Source: Lama glama
Taxonomy: Eukaryota
Reading direction: 5' to 3'
Assembly (NCBI GenBank): GCA_028534125.1
Contig: CM052838.1
Location: 63,798,001 to 63,862,000, forward strand
DNA length: 64,000 bases
Position 1 is the first letter of the stretch, and each line of letters starts with the position of its first letter. The translations under genes were made by a program, and so were the position numbers. The notes under the pieces are model-generated. The model saw only the letters and a program-made list of their open reading frames with translations. It was not told the origin of the DNA and did no database searches. Shown piece after piece: positions 61,283-64,000 of this stretch.

Positions 61283-63199
61283 CGTGCATCATCGTGTAAG
61301 TAGCTTCCTTTCTCATTGCTGTGGACGTGCCACTGATGGAGAAGTTGTCATCCCTGGTCCGTCATGTCCTGAACAGCACCGCTGTCGGCAGGGTCACGGT
61401 GGGTGAGCCGGCGTCTCAGGACACGAGGAATTAAGGACAGGGAGTCGCATGGCGTTATATGGAGCAGAAAAGCAAAGCTGGAGGAGGCGTCCTCATCTTA
61501 AAGCGAAGGCTTTTTTTAGAGCAGCAGAACTGAGGGGAAGGCGCCAAGATGTCGCACACACCCCCTGCCCCACGTGTGTGCAGCCTCCCCCGTCATTGGC
61601 ACCCCGCCAGAGTGGTCCACGTGGGTCAGTCAACCCACATGGACAGCTCGTGGTCACCCAGCGTCCAGAGTGTGTCACTTTCCGAAGGCATCTATTCTTT
61701 AAGCAAATCAGATTCAGCAATGATAAAACATGGCTCTGGTGTCACATTTGTCTTGAATCGTGTGCATTTTTCCACAAAATACTCGTGTGCCTTCGTGAAC
61801 CAGTGAGGCAGGCTCTCCCTCGGCTTCTGTGAACCGGACTGGAGAGTCTGTGAGCCGCCCTCCCTAGAAAGGAGCCTAATGACATTTCAGGTTCCAGGCA
61901 TCTGCAGAACACGTGGGTGATGCCTCCTGCTGTTTCTAAACCATTTTTTCCTGGGCCCGGTGTCCTGTTGTCTGTGTTTGGCACTGTCTCACCTGACCCT
62001 ATGAACGCGTGGTCCCTGGAGTCGGGGGAGGGCAGTGGATAGTCTGAATTTTCCATCATCCAAATGCAGTGGCAGCTTCGTGATCGAATCAGAAAATCTG
62101 CTCTAATGAACAAGCCAGTGGAAACGATTTCAGATGTGTCATCGCACACACAATGCACCTTTGTGTCCTCACTGCCCTCTGAGTAGTGCCTTGTCTCCCA
62201 GTCTCCTTGTTTAAACTGGGGCTTTGTCATCAGCACCTCCCTTCCCACCTTCCCTGAGAGCTTAGCGCATCTTCAGTCTGTGTGAGTGTCTGGGGTCACC
62301 ACCAACTCGGGTCGAATTTTATTGGTATCTTTAGGATCATTGACATTTCCATTTTTGCTTATGTTTCTTCCATGGTGGAAAAAAACCATAATTTGCTTCT
62401 GCCACTGCCCAGTGACCTTGAGAACTGCACACAGAGGAGCTCAACAATGAGTTCACTAAGTGTTAAATAGTTAGGTAATTGGTGTCTTAAATGATACAGA
62501 TTACGCAGGAGTCTTTGAATTTTTGTATAGGTATTTACGAAGTGTTTCAGAGATAATTAGGGAAGTTGGTTAGAATTTTTTACATAGACTAGGAACTCGT
62601 TATTTTGCCCAATTACAGTGATGGAGAAGCCCTTGTAAATTCTGTCAACAACACGTTTTCAGGGTGAATTAGTAGACTTGGAGCGTGAGGAGTGCCTGGG
62701 TTTGTCGTTCTCAGCTTCTTGAAGAAATGAACTAAACTCTGTGTTGTCGTCGTGTCTCAGAATGTTCACTTGCAGCTGGGAAACTGCAGTTGCAGACAGA
62801 CTGGTGGTGTCACCATCATGCAGCATGAAATACAGGATGTATCTTCCAGGGAGGTTGCCCCTGGTTCTGGAAGGTTCTTGACTTCCCCTTGGTACAGACT
62901 CCAGGAGAGGCTTCCGCCCTTCCTCCGCCTGAGCAGGGAGGCAGCTCAGGCCGCGCAGCAGCGGTGACCTCAGGGCACGGGCTTGGGGGTCTGAGAAATT
63001 GAAGGCTTGCCCATGATTGACACACACAGCTGTGTAGCCCTTTGGCCAGCAGGCCACGCTGAACTTGAAGGTGGTCTTTTCTAAGACCCCTTCCGGAAAC
63101 GCTGCCCGTTCTGGGTAAGTGTAGCAGGACCGGGAGCCCTGAGCTTGGTGGACACGTGACAGGACGCAGATGGGAGGGTCTGCGGGTATTTTCCTTTCA

Positions 63200-63745
63200 T
63201 GGATTTGCGATCCTTGCAGACGCGAAGAACATCAGTGTTTCACGGCCCTGCGCCGGGACTTTCGCGTCTGACGGGCTGCGAGGCGTGACGCTCGCGTCGG
63301 CGTCCCGCGTCCTGCCGCCCTGCACCCCTGCACCCCTGCCCGGCGCGGGGCGGGCTTGCTGACCCCCGCCTCCGCCCGCAGGTGGGAGCGGCGCGCGCCG
63401 CCCCTCGGCCCGCCCTCCCGGCGCCCCGCCTCGTGTCTCTGCCGTGGTCGCCGCCCTGCGCGGGACCCCGGCACCTCCCGCTTCAGGCTGAGTTTCTGTT
63501 CTTTCCTGAAAGCGCAGTTGACTCGGAGCCTTGCCCGGAGCGAGTCCGGCCGTTTTTGCCACTTCGCCTTTTCCGTGAACTTTCTCCTGTTTTCCGTTTC
63601 GCTCGACACCCTCCGTCGCGCCCCGTGCGTGGTGCTGGGCTGCGGCTGGGCTGGGCCGGCCCCCGCCCCCCCCCCCCCGTGGCGTTAGCAGTCACCGCGT
63701 TCGGCGCTTGGGATTCGGGTGAGCGGTGTTTGGGCCTCTAGGGTT
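63200..63745. promoter_or_regulatory. Intragenic CpG island with GC boxes (candidate internal promoter/enhancer)
   Basis: About 67 CpG in 63241-63720 by manual count and roughly 70% GC. GC boxes GGGGCGGG at 63347-63354 and CCCCGCCCCC at 63661-63670. Confidence 0.75.
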
Positions 63746-64000
63746 TTTCAGGCAGCAGGCGGCCAGTCCCCTAGATCTGGAACCCTCGCACTGGGGCCAG
63801 GCACTGGCCCGTTCCGGGCATCTTTTTCACTCTTAAGCCCGAGCAGTGCCTCGTTTGTTTACCGAACTCTCCAGCCCTTCCCAGGCGAGTGACCTCAGTG
63901 ATGACGAGGGTGCTGAGAACAGTGTGGCTTGTGGGGCAGGCGTAGACTGCACGTTCACCTGTGTGTGCTGTATCTCCAGTATTTACTCAGGAAGACTTTC

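Larger units (their letters stand above)
42746..64000 (+). other. MGMT: MGMT intron 2 (5' part)
   Basis: Starts at the GTGAGT donor. No sequence encoding the next MGMT exon (e.g. W/YF..P or the PCHRV region) was recognised. Confidence 0.85.

Noticed and set aside
63200-63745. CpG island as the canonical MGMT promoter/exon 1
   Set aside because: It lies downstream of exon 2 on the coding strand, and similarity to human exon 1 is weak and does not extend past the donor. It is kept only as an internal-promoter hypothesis.
1-64000. Hundreds of 60-250 aa ORFs in the supplied track (e.g. 55742-56494, 48741-49463, 37879-38589, 26418-27092)
   Set aside because: They are Pro/Gly/Arg/Ser/Cys-rich with no recognisable domain, overlap in all six frames and often start at GTG/TTG. 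This is expected by chance in GC-rich intronic DNA.

Overview
This is mammalian genomic DNA lying inside the MGMT (O6-methylguanine-DNA methyltransferase) gene on the + strand. The repeat content suggests a camelid-type cetartiodactyl. The only real coding sequence I can support is the 137-nt first coding exon (exon 2, 42609-42745, ATG at 42621). It encodes [41 protein letters not shown] and retains the Zn ligands C5/C24/H29; it is too short to appear in the ORF track. The rest is intron 1 (1-42608) and the start of intron 2 (42746-64000). These contain old L1, L2, MIR, MaLR and hAT fossils, two young lineage-type L1 3' ends, short tandem repeats, a 236-N gap, AT-rich motif-dense islands (candidate enhancers) and a dense CpG island at about 63.2-63.7 kb. 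The other ORFs in the track are chance ORFs in GC-rich DNA or decayed L1 pieces. I found no convincing new multi-gene system. The best leads are the intragenic CpG island with splice signals, a diverged local duplication with a perfect 22-nt core beside it, an inverted octamer pair, and strong GC-biased drift of repeat fossils. Repeat families and boundaries were called by eye from remembered consensus sequences and are approximate.
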